A stretch of 64,000 nucleotides of DNA from the human T2T-CHM13v2.0 reference genome, Homo sapiens, in assembly GCF_009914755.1 (NCBI RefSeq), contig NC_060931.1, one strand, 5' to 3'. Below the pieces are notes generated by a model, which was given only the letters and a program-made list of their open reading frames with translations, had not been told where the DNA came from and did not search any database. Position 1 is the stretch's first letter. The number at the start of each line of letters is the position of its first letter. This document shows, one piece after another, positions 31,270-46,000 of the stretch. A program made the translations under genes and the position numbers.

Positions 31270-32150
31270 TGATTTCCTATATTTTATTTTATAGTTTAAA
31301 ACCTTCCATTTGGTGTTTTACTAATAACATCTCTCTACTGGAAAGATTTGTTTATATTTTAATTCATGTGGACAGATTTTTCTTTATGTTACTGAACAGT
31401 GCATTGATGGCTGATTTAAAATCCTATCTGGTAATTCCAACATATGGGTTATCTCAGGATCAGTCTTTAGAAAATGGCTTTTCTTTGGAAAATGGGTCAT
31501 ATTTTCCTATTTATATGCAAGTAATTTTTAGTTATATTGTGGATATTATGAAGGTTATGTTTTGGAGATTCTGGATTTGATTATATTCCTCCAAAGAATA
31601 TCGATAATTTTTCTCTGGTTTTGCACGCTATGAACTTTTTTGGACTCAAACTACAAACTCAGTCTCTTGAACATCAGCTTACATCTCAGTTCTGTTTCTT
31701 TAGCCTTAGCTAGACTTCTTGAGTTTGCCCATTGAATAATTTGTTTACGATTCAGCCAGACAGAGATTTGCTCAGAGTATACACAGAGAATTAGAGTCCC
31801 ATTTTCTCTTGCTTGGCTTCTTTCCTGAATTCCCTCTAATTTTTGATTGCATGTGGCTACACTGAACTCTATATTGTGGTTCTAAACCATAATTCCTGTG
31901 CATTTTTCTGTCAGAATTTTAGCATCTGCATGCTACAGACTGGAGCTTATCCTCTGGCTGGCAGCTATAAAAATAAGAAACTCAGCAGCTGCTGTTCTCT
32001 TCCCCCAAGAGCCAATGCCCTTCAGACTTTGCCTGCTTTTGGTTGCTCTTCCATGCCTTTGGGTAGTTGGCTGTTTATTTTTGTGTGTCCAAAGTTAATA
32101 GTTGTTGTCTGTGAGAGGGTTAATTTGAGAGCTTGCTTGGTCTTCAATGG
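31270..32150 (-). mobile_element. Old L1M 5' fragment
   Basis: gctgatttaaaatcc...taattccaacata; gagattctggatttg. Confidence 0.45.
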
Positions 32151-32909
32151 GCACAGAACCTTATTTAAACCTATAAGATTTAAATATCCTTAATAAGTTT
32201 TCCATGGACAGAAATGTAGCTGGCTGATGATGGTGGTGGGTGTATATGCAAAAGAGAACTTTTATATCATAGGAACTGCTTGTACAATAGTATTAGAAAT
32301 AAGGATCACAGCATACTGAGTTTGCAGCATTGTGAATAGGTCAATGTAGGTATTCAGTTGTTTTCATTGCTGTAACTGTGTAGAAGAATGTGGGTACCTA
32401 AGAGGGGTAGGTAAGTTAGACAGGAGGGGAAGGGTGAAAAGTCACTTTCTGAAATGCCAGGTTTGGACCCTAATCTTTGGGTAGTGTGTAGCCATAGAAG
32501 ATTTTTGTGCACAGTGGAGAGGTGATCATATGTCTTAGGATAATCACTGGCTGCAGTACAGAGGATGAAATAAGGAAACCTTTCAGGAGGTTATTAAGTA
32601 ATCCAGACAAAAGGCCAAAATTGAAGCAGTTACAGCATAAATTCATCTAAATTAAGCAAATATAATTAAAGTTTAGGAATATTTTTCCATACATATGCTC
32701 TGTAATAGTTAAAAAGACATCTAAAATAAGATCTTGTCACCATGGGAATCTAATTGTTAGAATATTTTGATTGATATTAAATCAGTCATAAAACATTTAT
32801 GCATTGTAATTTCAACTTGTAACTGAAAAATATTAAACTCCTTTGCAAATTTAAACATTAGATGTACTTAATTGTCAATTAATTAGCATTAGACTTGAGA
32901 GGGTAAGAG

Positions 32910-33135
32910 TGAGAATCAACTGACATTTATGAATTGCTTATGACATGCCAGGCATATTATCATCTTCAGTGCCTATTGGAACCCCTGAGAAATAGTTATT
33001 TTTATTCCTATTTTATAGATGTGGAAATTAAGGAAGCATAGAAGTTAAACATACCCTTTGCAAGTCATACTACTAGTAGGCAGAAAATCTATTAAAGTCC
33101 TGGGCTAGATGATTCTAATGTTTATTCTGTTTTCA
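32910..33135 (-). mobile_element. MIR
   Basis: ttattcctattttatagatgtggaaattaagg MIR core. Confidence 0.7.
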
Positions 33136-33325
33136 GCATAACTTTACTTTTAAAACTGAGATACTTAATGTACAGAGAAGCTATAATTCCTTTTTTGGAA
33201 GCAACTTACATTTCCCTCCTTCTTCAGTGTTCTGCTAAGTATTTCCACAATGAACATGAATTCTTTGGAAGTACAATAAAAAGAGATGGTTCTTAGGAAA
33301 CAATTTTTCAAGCCTTTTTATGTAG

Positions 33326-33649
<324 letters not shown>

Positions 33650-34731
33650 TAATTCTTAATAGAGTAAAATCTGAAAGAACAATAATCTTAATTAGTAGTA
33701 AAAATACATGAGATGAAATAAGTGATCTTTATTCAGGTAACCAATTATTCTGATTTTTTTTCATGAGTTGACGAAGATAACTAAGGACTACCTGGAGAAA
33801 AGATAGCAATTTTTAGGGTGAGTGTTTTTAAGGTTATATTTTCATATGGGGGAAATGTAAACTGACAAACCATTTAGTCCTTCATAAAGCCTTTAACTAT
33901 ACTAAAATCTAAATGATCCTTGAAGATATACCTCAAATTTAATCTTATTACCCTTATTATGATTTTACTATTTGACCGGTCATCTTCCTCTTTCTAGCGG
34001 ACACTTTCCCAGATGACTGGGTATATTTAAGGAGTGTGGGAGGCTGGAGAAAGAGTGTCCTATGATTCTTATACAAGAGAGGATACTGGGAGCATGGGAG
34101 AAGTTTCACCTGTGTCTTATTAAAGATCTGATTCAAACCAGCAAAAGGTGGTTTTGTTATTATTATTGAAGACTTCTCAAATTTTGGGCTTGCTATAAAC
34201 TATTTTAACAATGAGACTTTAATGAAGACTAATGCTGAAAACACTGGCCATTTCCAGATTCAGCATGCTGTGTTGTGTGCGAAAAGAATCACATAAACAA
34301 ATTCAGATTTTAGTTAGTTGTTACTGGTAACTTACACAATCCATGAAAAAAAAAAAACAAGTCTCAGGAGAATTAGGTTGTGATTGAGAGGAGGAGAAAG
34401 TATAGCTGATTGTGGAATAGCACATTTAATAGAGCTTGTTGAGAAAATATTATTGAGGATCACTTTGGTGTGGGCCCTGGATAACTGAACAGAGAGAATC
34501 ATTGGATTTGGAAACATTGCTTACCTCTCTCAAGAACTAGCACATTCTCTAGCTGATTGTTGTGATTTCTGTTTTCATTCCGAAATGGTCTTGCTTATCA
34601 GTAAGCATTTTTGTGGGCATTTTTGTTTTAAAAATTAAGCATCATAGATCAACTAGGGATTGGGTTCAAAATTTAGGAAAAGTACTGGAGACTTCAAACA
34701 CACCATCATAAACATAAATATGCTATCTTGG

Positions 34732-36333
34732 TTTTTTTATTATACTTTAAGTTCTAGGGTACATGTGCACAACGTGCAGGTTTGTTACATATGTATACAT
34801 GTGCCATGTTGGTGTGCTGCACCCATTAACTCATCATTTACATTAGGTATATCTCCTAATGCTATCCCTCCCCACTCCCCCAACCCCATGAAAGGCCCTG
34901 GTGTGTGATGTTCTCCACCCTGTGTCCAAGTATTCTCATTGTTCAGTTCCCACCTGTGAGGGAGAACATGTGGTGTTTGGTTTACTGTCCTTGGGATAGT
35001 TTGCTCAGAATGATGGTTTCCAGCTTCATCCATGTCCCTACAAAGGACATGAACTCATCAGTTTTTATGGCTGCATAGTATTCCATGATGTATATGTGCC
35101 ACATTTTCTTAATCCAGTCTATCATTGATGGACATTTGGGTTGGTTCCAGATCTTTGCTATTGTGAATAGTGCCACAATAAACATACATGTGCATGTATC
35201 TTTATAGTAGCATCATTTATAATCCTTTGGGTATATACCCAGTAATGGGATGGCTGGGTCAAATGGTATTTCTAGTTCTAGATCCTTGAGGAATCGCCAC
35301 ACTGTCTTCCACAATGGTTGAACTAGTTGACAGTCCCACCAACAGTGTAAAAGTGTTCCTATTTCTCCACATCCTCTCCAGCACCTCTTGTTTCCTGACT
35401 TTTTAATGATCGCCATTCTAACTGATGTGAGATGGTATCTTATTGTGGTTTTGATTTGCATTTCTCTGATGGCCAGTGATGATGAGCGTTTTTTCATGTG
35501 TCTGTTGGCTGCATAGTTGTCTTCTTTTAAGAAGTGTCTGTTCATATCCTTTGCCCACTTTTTGATGGGGTTGTTTGATTTTTTTCTTGTAAATTTGTTT
35601 GAGTTCATTGTAGATTCTGGATATTAGCCCTTTGTCAGATGGGTAGATTGTAAAAGTTTTCTCCCATTCTGTAGGTTACCTGTTCACTCTGATGGTAGTT
35701 TCTTTTGCTGTGCAGAAGCTCTTTAGTTTAATTACATCCCATTTGTCAATTTTGGCTTTTGTTGCCATTGCTTTTGGTGTTTTAGTCATGAAGTCCTTGC
35801 CCATGCCTATGTCCTGAATGGTATTGCCTAGGTTTCTTCTAGGGTTTTTATGGTTTTAGGTCTAACATTTAAGTCTTTAATCCATCTTGAATTAATTTTT
35901 GTATAAGGTGTAAGGAAGGAATCCAGTTTCAGCTTTCTCCATATGGCTAGCCAGTTTTCCCAGCACCATTTATTAAATAGGGAATCCTTTCCCCATTTCT
36001 TGTTTTTGTCAGGTTTGTCAAAGATCAGATGGTTGTAGATGTGTGGTATTATTTCTGAGGGCTCTGTTCTGTTCCATTGGTCTATATCTCTGTTTTGGTA
36101 CCAGTACCGTGCTGTTTTGGTTGCCGTAGCCTTGTAGCATAGTTTGAAGTCAGATAGCGAGATACTTCTAGCTTTGTTCTTTTTGCTTAGGATTGTCTTG
36201 GCAATGTGGGCTCTTTTTTGGTTCCATATGAATTTTAAAGTAGTTTTTTCCAATTCTGTGAAGAAAGTCATTGGTAGCTTGATGGGGATGACATTGAATC
36301 TATAAATTACCTTGGGCAGTATGGTCATTTTCA
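34732..36333 (-). mobile_element. 5'-truncated L1PA5-like LINE-1 (about 1.6 kb)
   Basis: aagttctagggtacatgtgcacaacgtgcagg 3'UTR; ORF2 fragments in track; TSD gctatcttggtttt (34722) / gctatcttagtttt (36334). Confidence 0.95.
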
Positions 36334-36849
36334 GCTATCTTAGTTTTAGAGTGGTCCCTCTAGGTTCACACTGGAAAGATCATGTCAGTGTTTCAATTTC
36401 AACAGGATTTCAAGAAATTAAATGACTTCATGAAGGTTGTTTTCTGAGTTTTATAAAAAAATTATAATATACAGAAAAGCATATAAAATATTTTTAATTG
36501 GACTTTGGCAATAGCTAGTAAAAATGTATTTATAGTATATTTGTCACATTTTAAAGAAATAAATACATAATCTGAATATTCTATAATCAGAAATAAATAT
36601 TTTGGGGTATTTTAATACTAAGTTTCTCTTGAAACTATGTGGTTTTCTACTTTTGGCTTAATAGGATGCTTAATACATTGATCAACAAATTGAAAATTTG
36701 TATGCTCTTGTCAAGCCAGGTTTCAGTTAGACAACTTCTCATCATTATGATGTGGTTCCACAATTACTAACCAACCCCACATTGGCTTCACCAAACTTAT
36801 TTAGCACTAAATTCATACCCAGACCATAACAGATTCTTTAAATAGATAA

Positions 36850-37020
36850 ACTTATTGAATGCTCACAAGAATGCCTTATTGTCTATTTTTTTCATTGATG
36901 AGGAAACCAGTGCTCAGAGAGTTAGAGAAGCTGTCCAAAGTCTCATAGAAATTATGTCATCAGAAGTAAGTCTGTCTAACTTCAGCAACTTTATTCTTTC
37001 TGCTGTGCTATTTACCACTT
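36850..37020 (-). mobile_element. MIR
   Basis: gatgaggaaaccagtgctcagagagttag...tgtccaaagtctcata. Confidence 0.7.
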
Positions 37021-38759
37021 CATGAAGTATAGCTATTAATAGATCCCCTGAAATGTATAATGAGGACATCTTTCATTCTGTATAATCTATATATAGATAA
37101 TAGTAAGTAGATAAATTATCTCTATCATTTATTGATTTATCTATAAAATCAGTTTTTCTAATGTTTAAACTCATAGTGCTTCTTTTAAAGCATCAGCAAT
37201 TGAAACTACTCAAACTTACTAGTCAACAAAGTATGTAAGGATTATAGAATGGGGAAGAGTGATTCTGTCAAATGGTACACATACTTGTTTCACAGTAATG
37301 TCAACCTCAGCCATCATGAGCCAAATCAGTGGGGCATATATGAAAGAAATAAAAAGCACACTGTCTGGCCCTGTGATACAATGGGGTTTTACTTCTTTAG
37401 ATACAGATTTTGCTTAATGTAGATTTTTTTCTGAAATTAAATGTTGAATGTACTCAATAATTGTGATTTCTTCCTATTCTCTAAGAATACCTTTACACCA
37501 AAACTTCTCAATCTAACAATTGAAGAAAACTGGTTAGGTAACTTCATTCTCCCAAAGGAAGGAAAGGGCTGGGTTTGGACGCTAGCAACCTCTGTGTTAT
37601 ATCAATTCTACAAAAGTGATGATTGTATTTACTAAATGATCTAAAATAAACGATAAGACATCTTTACTAAAGAAAAGAGGAGTTTACAATATGAAATGTA
37701 TCATTGTAACAAGTCAATATACTCCTTCCAAAATTTTGTGAAGTGATGACTGTCAAACAATAGGGCAATAGTTTGGAAACTTCATCTAGTTGCAGAATCC
37801 TTCTGCCTTTTTATTTCCAAAAACACTTTAAATAGATTCTCTAAATATAAAACAGACACAAATGAAGGCTCTGTGGTTGAAATCTGAAACATGAAACACC
37901 TCTATGGGATCTTAGACTAGTCTGAGATACCAATAGAAAACCTTGAAATAGAACATACGAATAATTTTTGAACAAATGTCAAATTAGTCTCCCTGGTAGC
38001 AATAAGATAACATTAAAAAAGCCAAACCATACACATACACAGAATTCCAAGGGTCAAGTTGGAAATAAAATTTATTGACAGTGGAATAACAAATATTTTA
38101 AATTACTAATTTATATTTTCCGATAGCAATTTAACACAATTTTAAAATATGTGCCTGGACAATAACTCAGTAGTTAATCTAGTTAGGCTGCCCTTAGCAC
38201 TACACTTAAACCTGCCCATGACAATAGATAATACTTTTATATGTAAAGAGAATCTGTGCAATGCACTTGGTACTCAACCAACTGGAAAATGGCCTTGATT
38301 TAAAAACTTGAAAGCCAAATGTGTTCTCTATCAAAATTACAAACTACTGTTCTGATATATTATTGGATCATTTCACCAGCAGTGGGCCACAGATATGAGC
38401 TTTATTAAAAAAGGGTGGCATGTTTTAAATGTCCATTAATGTATGTTTAATTATAATAGAATGACTATAAAAGTCCATATGACATCTACATGATGATCAA
38501 AACAATTAATTATAATCAGCATTAACTCAGTGAATACAAAATGAATGAGAAAGGGATGTTCAAAAGAAAAAAATGAAATGTAGAGAGCTTAAGTATGAAT
38601 AATTATACTGGATTTATTTTTATTAAAGAAATCAAGAAAAATATAATACTCAGATTTTATACTTATGTGATTTAATTAATAAGTATTTTTAAAATGTATA
38701 TTTTTATCAGTTGCCAAAAATTCCAAACTCACTAAAGTACATGAAAATAGAATATACAT

Positions 38760-40770
38760 TTTTTCACTCATTTATTAACGCAGCAAATATTTATTCAACA
38801 CTTGTTAGAGAGGTACCTAATTTCATAATTATAATCAGTATAATATGAACAATTATAATAAGAGTAATGTACCCAAAGAAGAGAATACTCAGTTCTGTGG
38901 GGCAGGGAATGGATTGGGAACATACTGAGAAATGCAGAAATATAATTCAAAGAGACAAAATCCTTTAAGGGTATTCCGAAGAATTAGTGGTAGTAGTGAT
39001 ATAAAAAGGGCAAGATTACTTCAGGAAGGAAGAAAGCATGAGCAGTGGCATGGGGTTTGGAAGAGCAGTGTCTTCAGAAAACCACATTGTCCACTTGGAT
39101 GAAGAGAAGTTTTAGGGGATACAGCGGGAGATGAAGTCAGTTGGAGGTAGAGAGCAGAGGCCGTTAAGACCTAGCTGAGTAATTCGGACTTCTGGACCCT
39201 GGGAAAGACTGAAGTATTCAAAGCAGGTGGTAATGCAGTCAGTTTTACATTTTAAAAAGACACTGTGTTTACAGATAGAGTGAATATTAGTAAACATTAG
39301 AAAGTATTAGTACATATCAGAAAGGATAGGGAGAAAACAGAAAGCTACATTACCCCAGAAGATGAGGTCCTCAGCTGAGACAGTGGCAGGGGAGCTCAAG
39401 AGAAGGGTGGAAACTCCAGAACAAACAGTGACTTGAGGTTGGGGCTGGGGAGATAAATAGAGGGAATAAATAGTAGGATGATCACCGTGTCTTACACTTG
39501 AGGACTTATTGGACTGTGGTATCTTTTACTAAAATGAAAAACAATACAAGGGAATAAAGGTCTGGGAGGAAATAATGAGTTCAGTTTTGGACATGATGAA
39601 ATTGATGTGCCTCCAAGATATACATGAAAAGATTTCAGACGTCAGTTGCATATATAATTATAGAGCTCAGAAGAAAAATCCAAAATCAGAATTTTTGCAT
39701 TAATTACAGTATGTTCATGCTCTGAAATGTTCAATCCCTACACATATATCTTCAATAGACTGTAGCATTTTCAGTGTGTAGAATATTGCCCCTATGTACA
39801 AAGTTGAAAAAAGCACCTGCAGTAAGTGTCGTAGGTACAGCAGAGAGCTACAAATGTGACAATTAAAAGTTTGAGATGATATACTAATGCTCATGGACAT
39901 GGACAAATGATTTTTTTAAACATGGATCAGGGTAAACTAAAAATGGCTGAAAAAATATATGAATCCAAAGATCAGCCATTTACCCTCCCTACATTTATTC
40001 ACATATCCATGCCTTTATTTTCATTGTTCAGGTACTATTTTATTTTAGATGCTGGGAAGTAGCAACAAACAAGACAGAAAACATCAAGGTATCACGGATT
40101 TTACAGTAGTCAAAACTCAGCATAAACACATACACAAATAAATATATCCTTATTTCAGATAGCAATATACATAACGAAGAAAAAGAAAGCAGAAAAGGAG
40201 ACAGAATGTGAAGAGTATCTATTTTGGAAAAGGTAGTCAGAGAATAATTCTTTTTTGAAGGGGAGAAAGGAAGGAGTCATGGAAAAATACGGGAGAAAAA
40301 GACTCAAGTCAGAAGGATCAGCAAGTTCATATTCTCTAAGGCAAGAATCCCTTCCCTTATTGAGGGAAATAAATGCAGCATAGGCTGGAGCAGAGTGAAG
40401 GAAGGGAAGATGGTGGGAGCTGCTGTTGAAGAATATGCCTGAGGTGAATATTACAGTGGTTTGGTGGCTGGAGAGAGCAGTGTGGGTTTTATTCCAGTCT
40501 AAGTCTAACCTGAATCCATTGGATGGCTGTGAGTAGAGAGTGAAAATATCTGGTTTCTATTTTATGAGAAATTAATTCAGGCTTCCATGCAGAACTGTGA
40601 CTGTAATGGAGCAAGATTGGAAACAGGAAGAACAATGAGGAGGCTACAACTGTAGTCCAGGTGATAGATAGTCAAGGCTGGACCAGGATGGTAGTGGTGG
40701 AGCTGATGAGCAACAAACAGACTTGAGAAATATGTTGAGGGTAAAGCAATGAGACTTGATGATGGATTGG
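38760..40770 (-). mobile_element. Two L2 fragments (about 38760-39680 and 39990-40770)
   Basis: cactcatttattaac...aaatatttatt; atgagttcagttttggacatg; ggctggagcagagtga; aggaggctacaactgtagtccaggtga. Confidence 0.7.
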
Positions 40771-43700
40771 AAAGTTTCAGCCATAACAAGCTATTGGTCA
40801 AAATCACATCAGAGAAGGCCATGTGTCAAATAAAGTTTGTCTGTTAAACAATTGACAAAAAATATTTCTACTAGGCTATTTTTGATCTGAATACACCAAC
40901 AAATTTTAATGAGCCAACACATTTAGAAAAGTTCTTGAATCTGAACACATCTTTATTGCAGCATTATTATTTCCTAGTGTATGTGTATGGTTGCTAAGTC
41001 ATGAGTGGGATATATTTAGAAGAAGAACACAATTTTTTAAGGAACCCTGACAGAGGACACAAAAGACAAGACATAATGCTGATTTCTGTCTCTGTACCTT
41101 GACTTATTCTCATCATATTTCTGAATATGTGAAAAAGATACATGATAGTATCCACTAATGGCATTTGGTATGAAACTGTGATACCATATATAGACAGAAA
41201 CCTAACAAATATTTTAGTCTGTAAAAAGCAATAGTTACTTGTCATGTAAAATACTATGCAACATGAAAAAGGATTTTCATACATCTACAAACAAGATTTT
41301 ATTAGGCTTTTTCATTTCTAGAATGAAGAAATTTTTGATTCACTAAAAAGTTATATGTGTAAAACATACATTTGAAGGCCAGTGAGTTCCACTTGGTAGG
41401 TTAGATCACATGAACCTAAAGAAAAGAAGTTCTAAACTCATGAAAATTAGAGTTTACTCAGGAAATACCGGTAGCATCTTAATGAAAGTGCCACGCATGC
41501 CCCTTCTGAAATTTAACACATGCAAGGAACCTTCCCACGTCTGTGGCAAATGCAGACTTTGCTGCCTTAAGGGCTTGGCATTTTCAGATAAAAAAGAATC
41601 AATGTCATTATACAGTATCTCTCTAGAGCATCGTAATTATTCTGCATGCATACAATATTTATTTAAAACTTAAAATTAAACTTCAAGAGGTGGTCATTTG
41701 AAAGCCGGCAGTCAGTGAATGGATCCTGTATTCATGAAAAAGAGAATATTTCTTTTAAAAGTTGAGAAATAGATCAAAACGGTCTTTCCAGTAACTGACA
41801 CTTTAGTCATATAGATGCTTTTTATGTGTCAGATTTATTAATAAAGAAGGTCCATGGGAATGAGAGGAGGAAATCTTGAGGATGTGAGTGTCAGTTTTTG
41901 ATATGTCAGGTATAATTTTGTAGCTGTGATTTTTGGATTGCAGTACACACGCAGCATTGTACTGATGTTTGTGTACCTCTTTGTACTCATCATTTGTGAT
42001 GACTGGAAAAGAAGATAAGGCGGAGATGTTTTGATACAGGATTGAAACTTGAAACTACAGTCCTTCAATTTGAACAGTATTCCTGTTTCATCTTTCTTTT
42101 CATGTTACCTTTTTAACTTTTGCCACTGATGTAAAAGGAAAAAAAAAAGAAAATTTGAAAAGATGCCAGGTGTTGGTTCTTATCTGGGTGAAGGATCACA
42201 GAAGTAGAGGATAAAATATAGTTTGTAGTTTGTCACAGCAGCAGACTTATGAAGATCAAACACTTGTCAACAACAACTGTTTGTCCTCCTATGGCTATCA
42301 TAGAATTATTAAGATGGTGACATCTCTTCATAGTTGGTAGATTTTGCCAAGATTGTAGTATGTAATTTCCAATTAGTTTAACAGGGTGTGTTCTGCTGTG
42401 ATGAATACAGTCTTCCTTAATTGCTTTTGGCTGCTTCCTGAAATAAAAGAGCATCACCGTGTTACAAATACATGGGTCGGTCACTGTGAAATTCAGAATG
42501 GTATGATCTCTTTTAAGTCATCAAAAATAACACAAAACAGGTATTTCCAAAAAAGGAGGTAAAGCAGTTTATTTTTACAATGTCTGAACCGAGAATGCAG
42601 CAAAACTGAAAAGTGAAAAAATTGTGCCAAACTTTTTTTCTCTTTTTTTGGTTACCATTTTACTGTGCCTGCCAAGTAAACACTTTGCCCTCCCCATATT
42701 GACTTGTATGAATAGACCAGCTGCTTGTGTGTTAAATTTTGCACTGTATCATGCAATTATTTGTGAAAATTCTCATGTTTAACCAAAGGATCAATAATGA
42801 GTGACTGATTTTCCACAAATTTACTAAATTTTCTTTTCTTTTTTAACTCCTGCAGATGTCAGTATAACCTGAATGTCTAACAGTCGTGGTCCATATTCAA
42901 CTCAAATTATTTCTGTGAACCTTACCTTCATGAGGTCTCAGAGCCAATAGTGCCTTTCAGAGCTTGCAGTAACTAGAGCATTGTTGAATTTCTCATGACT
43001 CCTTCCAAGTTAGCCTCTTTTAGCAGTGGTTGCTCTCAGTAGCCATATGAAGTCCTAAAGAGCCAGAGGGACTGGAAAAAATTTAGAGTTACCATGTGGG
43101 CCAAAAAAAAAAGAGGGAACCAAAAACAAGGAAGAAAATTTGAATAACAAAGTCTTGGGTAGAGATGTGAGGCCATTAAAACATAAAGACATAAACTTTT
43201 AGGTGAAAAAGATACTTCTTTAATACTTGCAGATATTTTATGTGGCTTTAATTTTTAAGTGGGGTTTGTACTTCTATACATGCCAAACAAAACCACTCGA
43301 GAAAACCAACTTAAACGTGATAAAACTTTGTGCATACAGCTAATACAATTACATCATATTTATAAAGAGCACTTTATAAATTGTGACTTAATCTATGTAC
43401 ATATTGTAACTTCAGGTAAGTCTAAACGTGTCCAGAGGGTTCTAATTAATGGCCAGTTCCCAGAAATAAGAAAATACTGAGCAGTCAAAAGATAAAGGCC
43501 ACAAAATAATCTAGCCAGTTAGATTGCCTGATTCAAAAGAACTCAGTGTAATCTTCTCCAGTGACTTCTTTCTATTAGCATTTATTTATTTTATTGTGTT
43601 AAACTTTTCAGAAAATAATACATGTATGTATTGCTAAAAGGCTTATGCCACAATACAGCTTGTCTTACCATAATCCCTAACTATTCTACTCAGCAAAGCC

Positions 43701-43792
43701 AAGTACTTTCAATGTTTCTAAGGTGTTTCCTCTGATATTAACATTTATTTATTTAGACAAATATATCTTTTTTCTTACATATAAAAATGTAT

Positions 43793-44202
43793 TATATTAG
43801 TCTGTTCTTACATTGATATAAAGAAATACACTAGACTGGGTAATTTGTAAAGAAAAGGAATTTAATTGGCTCACAGTTCTGCAGGCTATATAGGAAGCAT
43901 GATACTGGCATCTGCTCAGCTTCTGGGGAAACCTCAGAAAACTTACAATCATGGCAGAAGGTGAAGAGGGAGCAGGAGCAAGAGAGTGAGTGAGGGAGGA
44001 GGTGCTACACACAATTTTAAACAATCAGATCTCCTGAGAATTCACTCACTATCATGAGAATAGTACCAAGAGGATGGTGCTAAACCAATCATGAGAAATC
44101 CATCCCCATGATCCAATCACCTCCCACAAGGCCTTACCTCCAACATTGGGGATTACAATTCAACCTGAGATTTGGCTGGGGACACAGATCCAAATCATAT
44201 CA
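43793..44202 (-). mobile_element. MSTA solo LTR
   Basis: attagtctgttctt...ggctcacagttctgcaggct...acttacaatcatggcagaagg...gggacacagatccaaatcatatca. Confidence 0.9.
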
Positions 44203-44229
44203 GATATGTGTATTTCTTTGATTTTTCTT

Positions 44230-46000
44230 GATTTCTTGATTTCTATTTCACCTTATATAAATAATATATTGACATTTTGTTTTTGAAGTATAGGTTTAAC
44301 CTCTCTCTAATACTTCCCACCTTCATCCTCTCTCCCACTCTGTCATTATAATTAAATTATACATTTTTGGCTAAGGTAATAGTGAGTGTTTATATAAATA
44401 CTATTACATAAACATTTTTCACTTTGGGGCCAAAGGATAAATTATAATTATAGTTCCTTTCCAATAATGCCTTTTTTTCTAGATTTAATGTTGCCTCAGT
44501 TGTTTGCTTGTTTTTCTAGAAGTATTTTTTATGTTTTCTATATTTTTCAAAATAAATTTATTAAAATAAATATTCCAAAAATATATCGTGTTGATCTGAA
44601 TTTTTTTCTAAGTTTTGAAACATAATCCTAAGCAACTTCCACCTTCTCCCTCCACCAGCCCTTCATCTCTTCCTGTGATCTATGCTCTGTTTTGGTGGTG
44701 CACACTTGACTATACTGGTCCCTGCCTTTGTTGGCATCTTGTATTTGAACCCTTGATTCTTGAATCTGAGCCCTTGATTCTTGAATCTTCCTCCTTGCTT
44801 TTTTCTCAGGTATTCCCAAAGCATATCGTCTATTATCTTCCTAAGAAAGAGTGCACAGGAGACATACTGATCTATTTTAGACAATGAATATCCAGATATG
44901 TCTCTATGCTATCCTCATATATGATTGATAATTTGGAAGTCACTTTATAATAAAATTTCTAGACATTGAGTCATATTCTTCTGGAACTCACAGTTGTTTT
45001 TAATTATTCCAATACAATTCTTACTTCTAAGCATTTCTCCATGACTCACATCTACTTCTAAAAACATTCTTCGAATCTTATTTTAACCCCCCTATTCCTG
45101 AAAGTTCATGACAATCTGCCTTGGAGGGTCTTTCTTCATTGTGCTTAGCCCTCAGTGAACTCTTTCCATTTAGAGACATATGTCCTTCAGCTCTAGGAAA
45201 TGTTCTTAAATTGATTTTTGATAATTTTGTCACATCTATTTTATTCTTTAGTTTTGGGTTTTGTATCTCTTTGGTTTATTCTCTATTTTTTTCTTCTCCT
45301 ACTGTTTTTTATCATTTACTATTGTCTATTTTCTGGTACATTTCCTTGATACTATCATCCAAACCTTCTGATATTTTTTCTAGTAATTCTATGTTGAATT
45401 CTAATAAATCTTTCTTGTTTATTGATTATTTCTTCTTATAATACCCCATTCCTTATAGGTGCATATCTTCCCTCATCAATCAAGATGATAATAATAATAA
45501 TGTTTATAATTTTAAAAATAGAGTTTTCTTTTGTGCCTTATACTGTCTTTTTTTCCCAGTTTATTCCCTATTTTGTGGGGCTCTGTATTTTATATTGGAG
45601 ACTTTATTTAAATATTGGGGGTTCCTTAGCTGTTCATCATACTGACAGTAAGATGCAATTACAAATTTAAAAACACCATGCAAACAACTAGTTGAAATCT
45701 CTTGGTATTTGGAAAAGACTTTCAACATGACTACTTATGTGAGGATATCTCTGAATGTCAGAGCCCATGTATCTTTTTGTTGAACTTCTTTATTTTCTCC
45801 AGAGAAGAATTCTTGATATCTTTTGAGAGCAGGTGGGAGGGGTAGATGGGTGTGAGATTGGCTGCAGGCACTCTGGGAGGCTGGGGGAGAGAGCTGCAGT
45901 GGTTTACCATGCTTCACGTGAACTCTAAACCCTACCCACAATCATCTCTACTCTCCAGTATGCCTGGTATCCTGGACTTTGTAACACTTCTAGTGTTTTC
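44230..46000 (-). mobile_element. HAL1/old L1M-like region
   Basis: tgtccttcagctctaggaaatgttctt; gttccttagctgttcatcat motifs. Confidence 0.4.
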
